DNA of 64,000 bases from Eledone cirrhosa (lineage: Eukaryota). Of this stretch, positions 1-14,482 are shown piece after piece (within the stretch, counting starts at the first letter, position 1; every line of letters begins with the position of its first letter). The position numbers were made by a program, and so were the translations under genes. The notes beneath the pieces are model-generated. The model was not told the origin of the DNA. It did no database searches and saw only the letters and a list, made by a program, of their open reading frames with translations. Location of the stretch: assembly GCA_964016885.1 (NCBI GenBank), contig OZ024742.1, positions 68,014,001-68,078,000 of the forward strand, in the 5' to 3' direction.

Positions 1-88
1 TGCATAGCCTCGATGTACACAAATATGACCCTCCCCAAGTATAACAATATTTGTTTCGACACACGATTTCATATAAAAAACCTCGCTA

Positions 89-126
<38 letters not shown>

Positions 127-598
127 TTAGTCCTCTAAGGAACTGAAAGCATATCATATGATATGCTTTTCAGTACCTTATCATATGATATACTTTCAGT
201 TCCTTACAGGACTAACACCATACTCTGGATCTGAACATATCAATGGATTAACAAGGTAAAATCTTTTACAACATTATGTTTTCCTGTTCATGAAGTCATA
301 GTTGTTGAATAATGGTTATCAAAGAAATATATATTGTAGCGAATATGAATAAACGAAGCTAATTTTACGCTGTTGACTTACAGTTCTTGTTTATATATAT
401 ATAGGTAATATGAAAAATTCAGGACCCCAACTGCTGAACTCCGACCCTTTCAACAGCTAGATCCCGAACTGTTCGGATCTAGCTGTTGAATGCTTTCATT
501 ATACCCACTGAACTACACCAAGTATTGAGTACTCTTGTATGTAAGGGTCTAATTGGTTCTTTTCGCCTCCAATTTTATATTTATATATATATATATAT

Positions 599-1473
599 AT
601 GAAAAATGGCGTGCTGCGTGGTTGCACATGGGTTACATATGAATAAAATTAGTCCTTCATCAGTGATCTTCCAACCTTCATTGGTATTTTATCACTTTAA
701 AAATCATATACCTCTAGTTGGTGCGAGCAATAACTAAAGAAAGTTATTGGGACAAGTAAAATAGGGTGAAGCGAGCGAGACATGTAAACAAACATAGATG
801 GTAATGCAACAGAAAGAGATAAGAGGAGAAACAAGTCAGTGATATCTATGAACTTAAGTTCGGTGAAATCATAGACGAAATGTAAAGACAATCCAAGCTG
901 GGCGAGATATGAGCGAGAAAAGGATTTCACACAGGTCAAACGGGAGGAAGTGAGAGAGGGGGAGAAGCAGAGAGTGAGTGAGTGAAAGTGTGAGGAAGAG
1001 GCCAACCGAGAGATAGCGACCGGCAGAGTGGGTAAAAATAAGGTGAGAGATACAGAGAAAGGGAAAGCAGTAAGAAAGAAACAGACATAGCAGCGGAGGA
1101 AAAAATATAAATATATGAAAAATGGTGTGCAGCGTGGTTGCACATGGGTTACATATGAATAAAATTAGTCCTTCATCAATGATCTTCCAACCTTCGTTGG
1201 TATTTCTTCGCTTTAAAGATCATATACCTCTGGTTGGTGCGAGCAATAACTAAAGAAAGTTATTGGGACACGTAAAATAGGGTGAGGCGAACGAGATGTA
1301 AACAAACATAGATGGTAATGCAACGGAAAGAGAGGAAGAGGAGTCCGTGATATCTATGAACTTAAGTTCGGTGAAATCATAGACGAGAGGTAAAGACCAA
1401 TCTGTGTGAAAAGGATTTCACACAGGTAAACCGGGTGGAAGTGCGAGAGGGCGATAACCAGAGCGTGAGTGAG

Positions 1474-1476
<3 letters not shown>
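599..1476 (-). repeat. Diverged tandem duplication (~516-bp unit, 1.7 copies) between (TA)n runs; possible PLE-derived non-autonomous element
   Basis: ATGAAAAATGGYGTGCWGCGTGGTTGCACATGGGTTAC starts at both ~599 and ~1115 and the similarity continues for >300 bp. The minus strand has CTGATGAAGGACTAA (5' half of a PLE-type HHR) but no matching GAAA. Confidence 0.7.
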
Positions 1477-1520
<44 letters not shown>

Positions 1521-1650
1521 AAAAAAAGATGAAATCGAAAATGCAACTGGAGTCTTATTTTTACAAAATATATATATTTCTTTGGTTCCTTTACCGGTTT
1601 TGCAGTTCTACTGCTTTTCAAAAGTAGAGTTGAGATCGAGGGTCTGTGGG

Positions 1651-1711
<61 letters not shown>

Positions 1712-1744
1712 GATATTTGGAAACTATATTTATAAAACCATATT

Positions 1745-1810
1745 TATTTCATTATACATATTTCAGGGATACCATATTAAAAATATGGCATGCCTTCGTC
1801 AGATAAAATA
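1745..1810 (-). ncRNA. Type I hammerhead ribozyme
   Basis: Minus strand reads TATTTTAT-CTGACGA-AGG..CCT-GAAA-TATGTA-TA^ATGAAATA; stem I TATTTTAT/ATGAAATA pairs over 8 bp. Confidence 0.8.
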
Positions 1811-1939
1811 CAATATATAACCAGTTTTATAAATAATTTTGACGTACCATAAATATAGCGACAATTAAGGTAGGAGGCTTATATTTGGTCGCTATATTTA
1901 TGGTACGTCAAAATTATTTATAAAACTGGTTATATATTG

Positions 1940-2005
1940 TATTTTATCTGACGAAGACATGCCATATTTTTAATATGGTATCCCTGAAATATGTATAATG
2001 AAATA
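1940..2005 (+). ncRNA. Type I hammerhead ribozyme (mirror copy)
   Basis: TATTTTAT-CTGACGA-AGA..CCT-GAAA-TATGTA-TA^ATGAAATA; one mismatch in stem II. Confidence 0.7.
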
Positions 2006-2133
2006 AATATGGTTTTATAAATATAGTTTCCATTTGTTTAATATCGTATATCTACTCCAAAAACTTGTCGAGTGCTTTATATCAGTTATAAAATATTTAC
2101 TTGTTGTAACCCAACAATTTTAAATAAAACTTT

Positions 2134-2191
<58 letters not shown>

Positions 2192-2424
2192 TAGTAACAC
2201 AACAGTTAGTTCACCATACCGCGAACAATTCTTTCACTTTATGCGGATCTGAGTGCTCTACCACTACAGGTATTACCTTCCAGTTCTACCTCTCTCTCTC
2301 CCTCTTTCTCTCTCTCACTATATATATGGGAGGGGGTGTAAAAGATAAACAGAAATAAAAACACAGTCGGTAGAGTATATGGAAGGGATATAATAGGTTA
2401 ACGCTAGATATAGCAGGAATCGAG

Positions 2425-2462
2425 TCTTAAACGTTTCGGACGTTAGTCCTTCATCAGAAGAA
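2425..2462 (-). ncRNA. Minimal PLE-type hammerhead ribozyme in a short PLE 3'-end remnant (~2330-2520)
   Basis: TCTT-CTGATGA-A-GGAC-TAAC-GTCC-GAAACGTTT-AAGA. The flanks match the PLE 3' end at 20500-20670. Confidence 0.75.
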
Positions 2463-2517
2463 AGAATGAGAAATAAGATAGATTGAGGGGACGGGCGGGT
2501 TGGAATTGGAAAAAATG

Positions 2518-2548
<31 letters not shown>

Positions 2549-3249
2549 GCGTGTGTGTCAGCTTGTCAGCTGTATACTTGTGAGTATTAAACAACATAGT
2601 AAAGAATGCAGGACAACAAAAGCTGTATCAAGTGAAATTTACCTAAAAATGATTAAAACTGTCAATAGCCAAATAGATGGCATGATGAAGTTGTATTGAT
2701 CGTTGCGTTATTGATTACATCCATGGGTCGGTTGCGAAGCTTGTGTATGATCAGACTACCGTTGCAGTGGTGGAGATAGCAGCGTTGACGTCGGCAGCGG
2801 TGACGGTGGTGATTATAGTGGTGGTGGAGATACTGTTGGTTCTGCTGATGTCGGCAGGCCTGGTGTAGATTTTGTTGTTGATGATGAAGGTATTGGCTGT
2901 GTTAGTGAATGTAAATGAATAAATATATAGATTGCAGCATGTATTAAATGTGTATGAAAAGGATTGTGCATGTGTGTATGTTAATCTATGCGTATGTGTG
3001 TGTTTATTTCTGTAGATATTTATTTTTTATGGATGTGGGAGGGACGTGTAATGATAGAGTGAGACGCCGGTCTGATTCTGTGCCATTTAGAAAGTCGACT
3101 TAGCAAAACTTTGCCTTTCATGCTTCCAAGTCTTTCTTAATGGCTTTTAATTTCCTGTGTTTACAGCGTTTTGTGAACATATATATATATACAAACACAT
3201 ATATAACCACTGCTACACATAAACAGGGAATCATACAAACATATCATTA

Positions 3250-3359
<110 letters not shown>

Positions 3360-3360
3360 C

Positions 3361-3397
<37 letters not shown>

Positions 3398-3414
3398 TGT
3401 CTTACATATATATA

Positions 3415-3469
<55 letters not shown>

Positions 3470-3470
3470 G

Positions 3471-3504
<34 letters not shown>

Positions 3505-3561
3505 GGTGGGTGTGTGTAGCCACACGAAAATATACACGCATACACATATATATATATATTA

Positions 3562-3633
<72 letters not shown>

Positions 3634-4114
3634 ACGTGTATTTGTGTGGGTATATATGAATGAAAAGTGTAAAATAACAAGAGAAAAATGTAAAATGTGT
3701 CAGTGTACCTATAAATATACACTTATTTAAACCATTTACTGTGTACGTTGTTTCCCTACGAACACATTGAGGCGGCAGACGTGTACACAAAGACACAGAA
3801 GCACACACGCATATATTTACACACCATCTCAAAGAACAAAAGTACTAAATAACACACGTGATATATCCGTAGTGAATTTTCAGCATATTAACACTCAGCC
3901 TCTTATAAAATAACAATCCGTACACGTTTGACCTAAATGCAACTGGTTATTGAAACATAAATTTATTAAATACAAAACATGAATATGATTTGAGTTAGGA
4001 GACAGGTATGATGATAGACATAAATAGTAAGAGGCGAGTAAAAGGTCAGAGAGAAAAGCAGAAATTGTTTTGATGTCAAGGACAGAACGTTATTTTGGGA
4101 AACATTATAACGAA

Positions 4115-4303
4115 GGTTGGATTGGCAGTATAGGTAGAGGGTCGGACGCCATGCTTTCTAGCATAGTTACGTCCCTTTACGGTCTGAGTTCAAATCCCGC
4201 CCAGGTTAACTTTGCCTTTCATCCTTACGGGGTCGATAAAATAAAGTACCAGTAACGTACTGGTTATTTGATGGCTTTGTGCCAAAACTAGAAACAATTA
4301 TAA
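4115..4303 (+). mobile_element. tRNA-derived SINE (octopus OK/OR-like family)
   Basis: A-box-like TGGCAGTATAGGTAGAG, B-box GTTCAAATCCC, and body TTTGCCTTTCATCCTTACGGGGTCGATAAAATAAAGTACCAG, repeated about 10 times in the window. Confidence 0.8.
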
Positions 4304-4429
4304 CAAAGGTTAATGGAGGGACGAATATGATGACCATCAAATTTAAAGTGGAATTAGTTTGATCGAATAAGATCAACTCGTGGTATGATAGCAATAAAGA
4401 CCAGAGTGTAATGTCTGTCAATGCAATCC

Positions 4430-5070
4430 CCAGAGGCGAACCAGCTTACAGATTTAGAAGGTCTCAAAACAAAATTAAATATCAAGACATTTGAAAGACC
4501 AGATGTTCCCATAAAATTCCTAATTCGCAGAACATAACCTAAAAAAAACCCTGCACTGATAGAAAAGGCATAGTCTGCAAATTAAGCCGACAAACTAACT
4601 GCAAAACTAGGAACGTAGTATATAGCATAAGAGGGACCGTGTAGGAATAAGAACGCAACGTACATAGATGAAAGAATAAACGAACACTGGTGAGAACTCC
4701 AAGATAAGAAGAACTCATCAGTACTACACCAACATGCCAAAATAAACACCATCCGGGTATTAAACCAAACAACCGGAAATTTGTCATAAATTCAAGTGAA
4801 AACCAACAGGTGCGTGTGTTTTTGGCAGTATGACCGTCTCAAAGTATAACAATATCTGTTTGAACACACGTTTTCAGATTAGAAATCTTGCAAAATACTA
4901 AGTAAATGGGAGAACGCTTCAAGAACATTATCTTTGTCATTTCCCTTGTTGCTTTAATTTGGATTGCCTCGAGAACGTAACCTGATTGTCTAAGAAGCTG
5001 TCTGATGAGACCATGCCACTGGTTAGGCGGAATCACGTGGCCACTGTCGTCATTGAAATATGTATCACAC
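4430..5070 (+). pseudogene. Decayed PLE 3' fragment (start of GIY-YIG) with a degenerate HHR-like motif
   Basis: ~4597-4630 translates to NCKTRNVVYSI, resembling the PLE endonuclease CxTxNVVY motif. TGT-CTGATGA...GAAA-TATGTA-TC-ACA lies at ~5000-5070. Confidence 0.4.
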
Positions 5071-5130
5071 CCTTATCAATAAAGAACTTTGACATCTGAA
5101 ACTACTTCGCATTTTCTTATTCTCTCTCTA

Positions 5131-5164
<34 letters not shown>

Positions 5165-5168
<4 letters not shown>

Positions 5169-5752
5169 TGTGTACACGTACATACATATATGTATACAGA
5201 CGTACAGTAGTATGTATATACATATACATACATGTACACATATATATATGTACGTATGGATTCACCGATCAGTTATTATAATGCTCGGTGTGTTTGTAAA
5301 CAAACATCCCGTATTAAGCCGTAGTGTCCAGCAACCATCGTTGCTCGTTTGTTCAACACTGACACTCGATATGCAAATTGGGCTACTCAGCCGTTAATAT
5401 GCATAAGGTAAGTATATACGTTCAACAATCTGGCAGGAAGGTATACGTTGCTGACGATAGCTAATAAGCTTGAAACTAGTACAGCGTTCCTTTGTCAGTT
5501 TTGAACAAACGAGCAACGATGGTTGCTGGACACTACGGCTTAATATGGGATGTTTCTTTACAAACACACCGAACATTATAATAAATGTTCGGTGAATCCA
5601 TACGTACATATATATATATATGTGCATGTATGTATATGTATATACATACTACTGTACGTCTGTATACATATATACATGTACGTGTACATACTTATATTTA
5701 AGTAACAGCCGTACTAAGAGTGGGAAATGAAATTTCGTTTCATTTTTCCGTT
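5165..5752 (+). mobile_element. Non-autonomous inverted-repeat cassette with central HHR, in (TA)n
   Basis: ~200-bp arms at ~5165-5364 and ~5493-5694 are near reverse complements. An HHR lies in the spacer, and (TA)n on both flanks. Confidence 0.75.
5445..5487 (+). ncRNA. Minimal type I hammerhead ribozyme
   Basis: ACGTTG-CTGACGA-TAGCT-AATA-AGCTT-GAAA-CTAG-TA^CAGCGT; stem I 6 bp, palindromic stem III. Confidence 0.85.
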
Positions 5753-5794
5753 TATATATATATATATATATATATATTTAGTTTCTGAATTTGT

Positions 5795-5925
5795 TTACCA
5801 AGATTCTTTATCTGAAATCGTGTGTTGAAACCGATATTGTTATACTTTGGGAGGGTCATGTTGCCAATAAGAAACACGCGTGTGTTTCTTATTGGCAACA
5901 TGACCCTCCCAAAGTATAACAATAT
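5795..5925. repeat. Palindromic copy of a dispersed short repeat family (also at 20-90, 4830-4900, 28320-28430, 33720-34012)
   Basis: Shared core TGAAATCGTGTGTYGAAAC..ATATTGTTATACTTKGGGAGGGTCAT. Here it folds back on itself around GAAACACGCGTGTGTTTC. Confidence 0.75.
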
Positions 5926-6255
5926 ATATATTTATATATATATAGAGAGAGAGAGAGCGAGAGAGAGAGAGAGAAAAAGAGAGAGTGAGTGAGAGAGCGA
6001 GAGAGAAAGAGAAAGGGAAAGAGAGTGCGTGAGTGAGAGAGAGAGAGATTTATAAGCATTGCAATGTAGAAGAAAGATCTATTCAGCATATAATATTTGT
6101 AAGGAATTCTTAAAGCAAAAAGACACCAACAGAAGTATGAATTAACTTCGTCAGCTATCGAATGGATATTAAAGCGTTTCGCTATCATATACACTTGCAT
6201 ATATATTTGTGTGGATGTGTTGGTGTATGTGTATGTAGGTACCAGTGTATGTACG

Positions 6256-6329
<74 letters not shown>

Positions 6330-6446
6330 ATGTATACATTAGTATACGTGTTAGCGTGTCCAATGACTGAAACAAGTAAAATAAAACAGAATTGTAGAAT
6401 CTATATAAATAACAATAAATCATTATCTTATTATTAAATAATAAAT

Positions 6447-6620
6447 AGGGCGTTTATGTAACAGAGTCGTTAGAGTGTTGCGATACTTGTTCCTGTTATA
6501 TATGTTTTTGGTTTAAATCCTACCGAGGTCAACTCTACTTTTCATTCATCAATGATCAATAATATATAAAGCACCAGTCACATATTGTTGGTCGATATGA
6601 TCGATATTCTACTCGCCCCA
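6447..6620 (+). mobile_element. Diverged tRNA-derived SINE
   Basis: GGTTTAAATCCTACCGAGGTCAACTCTACTTTTCATTCAT matches the family at 4115. Confidence 0.55.
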
Positions 6621-6689
6621 AATTATATTTATTAAATAATATATACAATAGTGATGCATATCTGAGAGAAATATTCGTTTTACAAACGG

Positions 6690-7770
6690 TTGAGGCGTAG
6701 GCTCCTGTTCGCTTTGATTTGTTCTTCTCTGTAATGCTCCAGTGCTAATACAGAATTCAAATGTGACACTGAAGTATTACAGAGAACAAAGCAAAGAGAA
6801 TAGGAGCCATGACACAACCCTGCTTTCTACCGTTTATGACACCCAAGGGTTCAGAGCGTTCGTCCTTGACATCATTGATGTTCTCATGCCCTCATGAAAA
6901 GACATGATAACATTCAACATAGTTTCATATATGCCAGAATTTGTTAGGATTTTCCACAGAACTTTACAGCTTTGGACAAGTCAACAAATGTCATACTTAG
7001 TTCCTGGTTCTATTTGCTCTAAAATTGGTGTCAGATTTGAATTCCGTACATCAGGTGGGTTATTAAACCATAAGCGCTTTACTGTTACTGATGATGTTGC
7101 ATTTATTGCAACATCCCTTGAAGCTTCTTGCTTGCCTGTAAAGCATTTGTTTTAAAAATTAGCACTAAGAAGACTACGGTGGTACATAAATCAAGGCCAA
7201 CCATCCCCAGACATGTAGATGTTGACCAAGAATAGCCAGGGTACGGGTACCCCATGTTCCAATCACTGTTGATGACAAGGATCTGAAGTATGTGAACTCC
7301 TTTGTCAGCAAAGCGAACCGCTCAGCATCATTGGATGATAAGATCGTCTTATTGCATCTTTAAAGAAATTGACACTTTTGGCAAACTACATCATCGCCTA
7401 TGGGGAGTCAGATGTATATCTCGAAAGTTGCAGATTATTGTGCTGTGGACAACATTACTATACGGCTCGAAGTAATGGATACTTTATAGCACCCACAGAT
7501 ATAAGCTTGGTGTCTTCCATAAACATTGTCTTCGCTCTATCTGTATACAATGTCAATCACTTTACGAGGTGCAACATCGGTGGGATTAAGTCATTTCTGA
7601 TGCAACCCAAACTCAGATTGGGTGGTCATGTCCTACGGACGACTGAGGACCGCACACCCAAGGTACTGTTATACAGTCAACTGCATAATTGTACCATTAC
7701 TCAGATATAAAGACAAACTGAAGTACGATATTAAATCTGTGAACATGCCTCTTCTCTTGAAGCCTTAGCT
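6690..7770. pseudogene. RTE-clade LINE RT fragments with an internal inversion
   Basis: The minus strand at 6783-6840 encodes NGRKQGCVMAPILFALFS (RT motif B). The plus strand at 7600-7680 encodes KLRLGGHVLRTTEDRTPKVLLYSQL (RTE C-terminus). Confidence 0.7.
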
Positions 7771-8089
7771 GTAAAAATTTACGGTATATTAAAAGTAACC
7801 ATTGCAAGCAAAATATTGATTTTAAAATAAAAAATATGATTTCATCTACAAATTCGTGCTTATACGACGGATTCGTTCCGGCAAACTAATAGATATTATT
7901 CAAGGTAATTAATTATTAAATTAAGACGTCATAAACTCATCGGTAAGCAATATCCTACAACATACCTTATGGTTTTTTGGAGAAAATTCATGTGAAATAA
8001 CTCATGTTATAAATAGAATTCCATGTGCTTGTAGCTTTAAAATAGTAGGTCCGACGTCAAAAACAGAAGTTTAAAAGGAAGTCATAAAT

Positions 8090-8280
8090 GGGGTTGAGTG
8101 TTGTGTTCTTGAGCAAAGGCACTTCATTTCATGTTGCTCCAGTATACTCAACTGAAGATAGATTCCAGCAATAGCTAGGAGTTTAACACTGCGATGGACT
8201 GGTGTCCTGTCCTGTGGCGAGTGTTGTACTATCAGTCGCTTAACTCCATGGGAACCAGGATAAACACCAGCCTGTTGGGC
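8090..8280 (+). mobile_element. SINE fragment, second family (related to 20071-20300)
   Basis: GTGTTGTGTTCTTGAGCAAAGGCACTT...CTGCGATGGACTGGTGTCCTGTCC resembles conserved invertebrate SINE central domains. Confidence 0.5.
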
Positions 8281-8299
8281 CTCCTATATATATATATAT

Positions 8300-8452
8300 A
8301 TAATGGTTTCTGGTTCAGGCACAAAGCGAATAATTTTTTATTTGGGTGGGAGGGGATAGATTAAATCGAACACAGTGCGTTACTGTTACTTTAATTTATT
8401 GACCTCGTAAAGATAAAAGGTACAGCTAACCTCGGCGGGATTTTAACTCCGA
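8300..8452 (-). mobile_element. tRNA-derived SINE fragment
   Basis: Reverse complement of the 4115 family body (TAACCTCGGCGGGATTTTAACTC). Confidence 0.6.
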
Positions 8453-9731
8453 AGTTATATATCTATATATAATGATATAAGGGGGTGCATGAGTGTGCGT
8501 ATGTTTATATTTGTATATATATGCATGTATTTATAATATATTCCCACAAGAACACACACACATATAAATACGTATAGATATTGATGTATATATATCCATA
8601 CACCCGCTCAACACCCCTATATATATATATATATATATTGTAAATCAATATTTGCAGATCATATACGCAATGAAAGAAACGTGGATATTCTTTCTCCACA
8701 CGGCATTCTGTTTTTTGCGTTTTCGTACCAGATTCTCTTCCTTGGCCTCAATCTCGTTATAAAGCACTGCAAATTCATAGTAAAATATAAACTAATTGGA
8801 CGGAAAGATAATGAGATGCTTTAGAGAAACATTATAGTAAGAGCCATCGCTAACTTGTACAGTTTATTAATCAGCCCTTCAGCTCGACGTTCCACACACT
8901 CACCTTCTATTTTAGATGTTTTTACTGGTTGGAAATCGATAAAATAATTGCCCTTATTTTACATATTAGGGTCGAGTTTATTGATTTTATCCTATCTCTC
9001 CAGATATTTCACAATTATTGGATCCAAAGAGTCGATCTCCCTTTTCTCATCCCTTTGATCTGGAATTCTATCTGTCTATCTGTTATTTCTGAGATCTGAA
9101 GTTTCTTATCAGATAATTCGCTCAGCCTCTCAAGCACACAACGCTCCATCAATTCAGCTGTACCGCTAACTTCGGTTATATCTCCTAAATGATTCTTTCT
9201 GTACATTAATGAACAAGCCACTGCCACCACTACCTACATATAAACCACAAACATGATGTCACTTCTTCATTATATTAACCTTCCACATATCCTTTTATTG
9301 CTGAGCAACCGATATATATATATATATTGCTAGACATACACCATTTCATTCAGCAATAAAAAAAAATACGTTCTCCTTAAATTACTATATGGTGACCCTA
9401 TCACCGTTAAAAGAACAAAACCACAATCACTTGACATGCAAAGTATTCACATTTTCAAAACAGTATCCATATACGAACTCCGCAAATTCTTAGTCATTGA
9501 GTCCCTAATAGCGTTATTATTTAGCTCCAGCTCAGCGTCGATTTATCAGGAATATAAACGAAAGAATACCAAACCTGGTCATCCAGATGTTTTAGGGAGA
9601 ACTAAATTTTACTAAATTATCTATTGCACCTTTTCGTTGTTTAAGAGATTTAGTTATATCTATAGCACACTGAGCGACCACATAATCTTTAGTTTGGAAA
9701 ATTTCTAATCATCCGACGTACTGAATTAAAC

Positions 9732-9781
9732 CTTCTTCTTCTTCTTCTTCTTCTTCTTCTTCTTCTTCTTCTTCTTCTTCT

Positions 9782-9828
<47 letters not shown>

Positions 9829-10075
9829 TTCTTCTTCTTCTTCTTCTTCGTGAGAATGTTGTGGGGGCACAGTCCTCAAACACTCCTTACAATGGGTGCT
9901 GTCAGAAGCAAACGTATCCACCTGATCCGGCTGAATCTCCAAGCGAGACCAACCAAACTTATGGATGTTATCTAACCAACTTGCTCTGGGTCTACCCCTG
10001 GGTCTCCCGCCGGTTGGGTTTTGTCCGTAAAATATGTCCAGCGATTATTTCCTGAGATATTCTAGCCACATGCCC
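9732..10075 (-). mobile_element. LINE (RTE-like) 3' end with long (AAG)n tail
   Basis: The minus strand encodes PTGGRPRGRPRASWLDNI, then an (AAG)n tail at 9732-9849. A homologous copy is at 26495-26720. Confidence 0.6.
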
Positions 10076-11472
10076 TTCTAACATCACTAAATCTGCATCA
10101 TTATATTTCACATACATGTTCTAGCGTTCACATACATGTTCATACTCACACACACGCGCGCACACACACGTGTACATTTCAATATATAAAACAGAATGCC
10201 ATCCATCCGATTCAGTTTCTTATTGACATGCCCCAGTTTCATTAGTTAATACATTCGTCAATGACCACTTCGGTGCTAATCCAACTTCATGGTACAGCAG
10301 ATTAACTATGATCAATGCTGTTATGACGACGACTCTCACTTCTTTTTTATTAACATGAATCAAGTTTTTTTTGTTTTTTTTGTTTTTTAAAGACATAGCA
10401 TCGAAATTATCAACGGTTCAGAAGAGCCTATGATAGTGATCGCTGCCTCAACTTTTCCTAGGAATAACAGTTTAAAAAATTCTTATTGTTTCTATACGAA
10501 TCATCGATATGTTCAAAACTATAGACAGCAAATCTAAAGAATGTGTACTCCAGTAAGTAGATTTTAATTATCTTATAGTGAACATAGGACCAAAGTTGTA
10601 CGTCATCCTAGCGACCCATCCATGAAAAGAACTACCTGGAATTTCGGGTACAAAAATACATGAATGATGCGTTGTAAAGTTCAACATCGTAAATGAACAA
10701 AAGAAAATTTAATAATATACATATTTCTTCCTCTCCAATCTGCCAGATCTGCTGCGTTTTCCATTAATACATTAAATAATACACGCAGCAATTATCTAGA
10801 CAAAGGTTTGAGCATATTAACTTGTTTGACCAGGTGAAATAAATACCAGATATGGTAATACGATCCAACAAAACGACAGCCTTCTTACAAAATGCTTTAC
10901 CTCACCACTACCCGCACACCTGCCTCATCTGCATCCTCATCCTGCTAGCGTATCTGACAAAGGAGTCAGATAAATTAACATCTAGAAATGTAGAGTTACA
11001 GAGGAAATAGGTTGGTTTATTAAACCAACTGGTGTGCAACGAAATGAAACAGATGGGATAAGTAAAGTAATTTATATAACAAACAGCAGTAACAAAGGCA
11101 ACAAAAACGGCAATAACAATAGCAGCAGTTGCAGCAACAGTAACAGAAGCAACATTAATAATAGTGACAACAATAATAAAACAAGAAAAACAAGAACAAC
11201 ATCATCAAGATCAACATCAATAATAGCAACAACAAACGCAACAGCAATAGAAACAAGAACAGTAGCAACGGAGGCAACACAAATGAGTATATTAAAGAAG
11301 CCAGTTCGATTAGCTTACATTACTTTTCAAGCAGAACAATTCCAGACCAATTTCCTTCCTGAAAAATCGATTAGGAGTGAAAAGAATCTGGCGTATAACA
11401 CACACACACACACACACTGAAACACACACGCACACACACACACATGTATATGTATATATACACACACATACT

Positions 11473-11547
<75 letters not shown>

Positions 11548-12675
11548 CGAGAGGGGGCACAAGTGAGTGAGATGCATGTATTCGTGTGCAACTCAATGAT
11601 CATGTGTACATATATTTTGAATATAATATAGACAAAGAAATGGTTTTAAAATATCTCAGCTTACTGCCTTAGCTTAGTACCATTTTAAATACTTTTAGTG
11701 AACAAAGAAGAAATCTTCAGCGAGAAAGTTCGAGCCAAACAAGACGCTCTATGCAGACGGAAGACCAGTTCTTTATATATATTTTATATTACTTAGTTGA
11801 ACTGGCTACATTGTTCTTATTCTTAATATACTTTATGACCTGACAGATTTATGCAAGTAATATAATGCTTTAGCTGTGGCAAATCTAACTCTTTTTCGAA
11901 AGATATAAACAGTATGGTGGTTTCAGACTAGTGGTACGGGCAGGACCCGAAAGCGGCATGTTAAACACCATTTTTCTAGAGAAAAGAAAAGAAGAGTGAG
12001 AGGCGAGTACCTGAAAGGTGGTGGTTTGAGACAACGGCTCTCTGATACAGAGACTAGAGAGTGTCAGATATAACACATGAGTTAGTCATACCTAATTATT
12101 TTCCATCACAAGTATGCGTAATCTGGGCTGAAGTGAATCAATATAATGATACAAGAAAGCTAAATGAATTTATTAACAGGCAAGTGCGAATCTCTTAGCA
12201 ATTTCTGTCTTTTACGATATATCTACTAACGTGAAACATTCATCTGTTTAACTGCTCAAGAAGTAACTGAGCAAAGTCAATAATTACACAGAGTTTGGTG
12301 CATCAACAAACGGAAGTAGTGATAAGCCAGTCTGATTGACCCTAAACGCCAAATTGATTTGACTCTGTTCGTAAGACGTGACATATTTCCAGGAACTTCC
12401 CTATGTCTTTAGAAATAATTACCATTGATTTTCCTCAATATTGGCAATGGTACTGATTATTGCCACATATTTCAGATTTCTTTCTAGATTCTTTTATGTT
12501 TGTGTCTGTTAGGCTGGCAGTCTTTCTGGCAGTCATTTATCAATATTTCCCATTAACTCATTATTTTTTCTTCTCCTTATATCTATCTTTTTTGAAACAT
12601 TTCATTTCTAGAGTGAGTACATAGACTGAACCAGGCAAACGTGTAAAAGAGTATTTTACTATTTATATATATATA

Positions 12676-12798
12676 ACGAAGGAAATGTGGTAAGGAACCA
12701 GATGGACGATAACGCACCTAGTACTCAATACTTAGGTAGTAGAGTCCAGAATTAGCCGACGAAACGGCTTGAGCTCAGCCGTGGGGGTCCTACTCGTT

Positions 12799-12800
<2 letters not shown>
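12676..12800. mobile_element. Rearranged fragment of the U3-A8 HHR family (tail on -, 3' half of HHR on +)
   Basis: Matches 33575-33700 in two orientations; bounded by (TA)n. Confidence 0.75.
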
Positions 12801-13507
<707 letters not shown>

Positions 13508-13518
13508 CATATATATAC

Positions 13519-13570
<52 letters not shown>

Positions 13571-13593
13571 TATATATATATATATACACACAT

Positions 13594-13639
<46 letters not shown>

Positions 13640-14312
13640 ACATGTGTGGGGGGGGGTATGTGCGTGTGTCTGTGTGTCTGTGTGTCTGTGTCTGTCTGTA
13701 TATGCCATGAAGATATTGATACATAAGAAAATATATATCGACATGCTTACCAATAATCCCTCAATGTAAAGGCGCTAAAATTTCTGAAACAAAGGGATCT
13801 CAAGATATCATTATCGATGAAACAATTTAGATATCTTGTACAAAAACATATAGAACATATAATCAGTTATAACAATGAACTATTGCTTACTTTATATTAG
13901 CAATACACCATTCTACTACTTACCCAGACAGCTGCTGTGGCTACTTCTGAAGAAACGTGATGATTATCACAATTATATGGAGAATTAACACGCCAACATA
14001 AGAACTTTCGTCAGTTGGCCAATCTTAGTCAATCAATCAATCGATACATTAATCAATTAATTAATTCACCAAATATATAAGACATCAGCTATCCACGCAT
14101 AAGTGTGAGACAGGAGTCCACCAAAAGTTGTCGCGTGTAAGGCGACCTGCCCCGGACTACTACAGTCATCGAGAGTGGGTGGCAAGTGGAATACTAAATA
14201 TAGCATGGTACTAGCCGTGAAGCATTGAATCTATTGAATCTTATGTGTTTGAACATAGGAATAAATGGAATTCAGCTATCTGTATTACACATATTTAAAT
14301 GCGTTACAAAAT

Positions 14313-14482
<170 letters not shown>

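Larger units (their letters stand above)
1709..2134 (+). mobile_element. Solo inverted pLTR cassette related to the PLE at 58128-62449
   Basis: Arms ~1718-1862 and ~1888-2032 are reverse complements. The sequence is clearly homologous to 58128-58340 and 61934-62150. (TA)n lies on both sides. Confidence 0.9.

Noticed and set aside
645-670. Complete hammerhead in the 516-bp tandem duplication
   Set aside because: CTGATGAAGGAC is present on - but no closing stem II or GAAA follows; the second copy also has a mutated core.
11034-11420. 128-aa Asn/Ser/Thr-rich ORF (also 34666-35043 poly-L/I)
   Set aside because: Degenerate trinucleotide repeats (CAA/CAG/CTG/ATA) with no domain signal.
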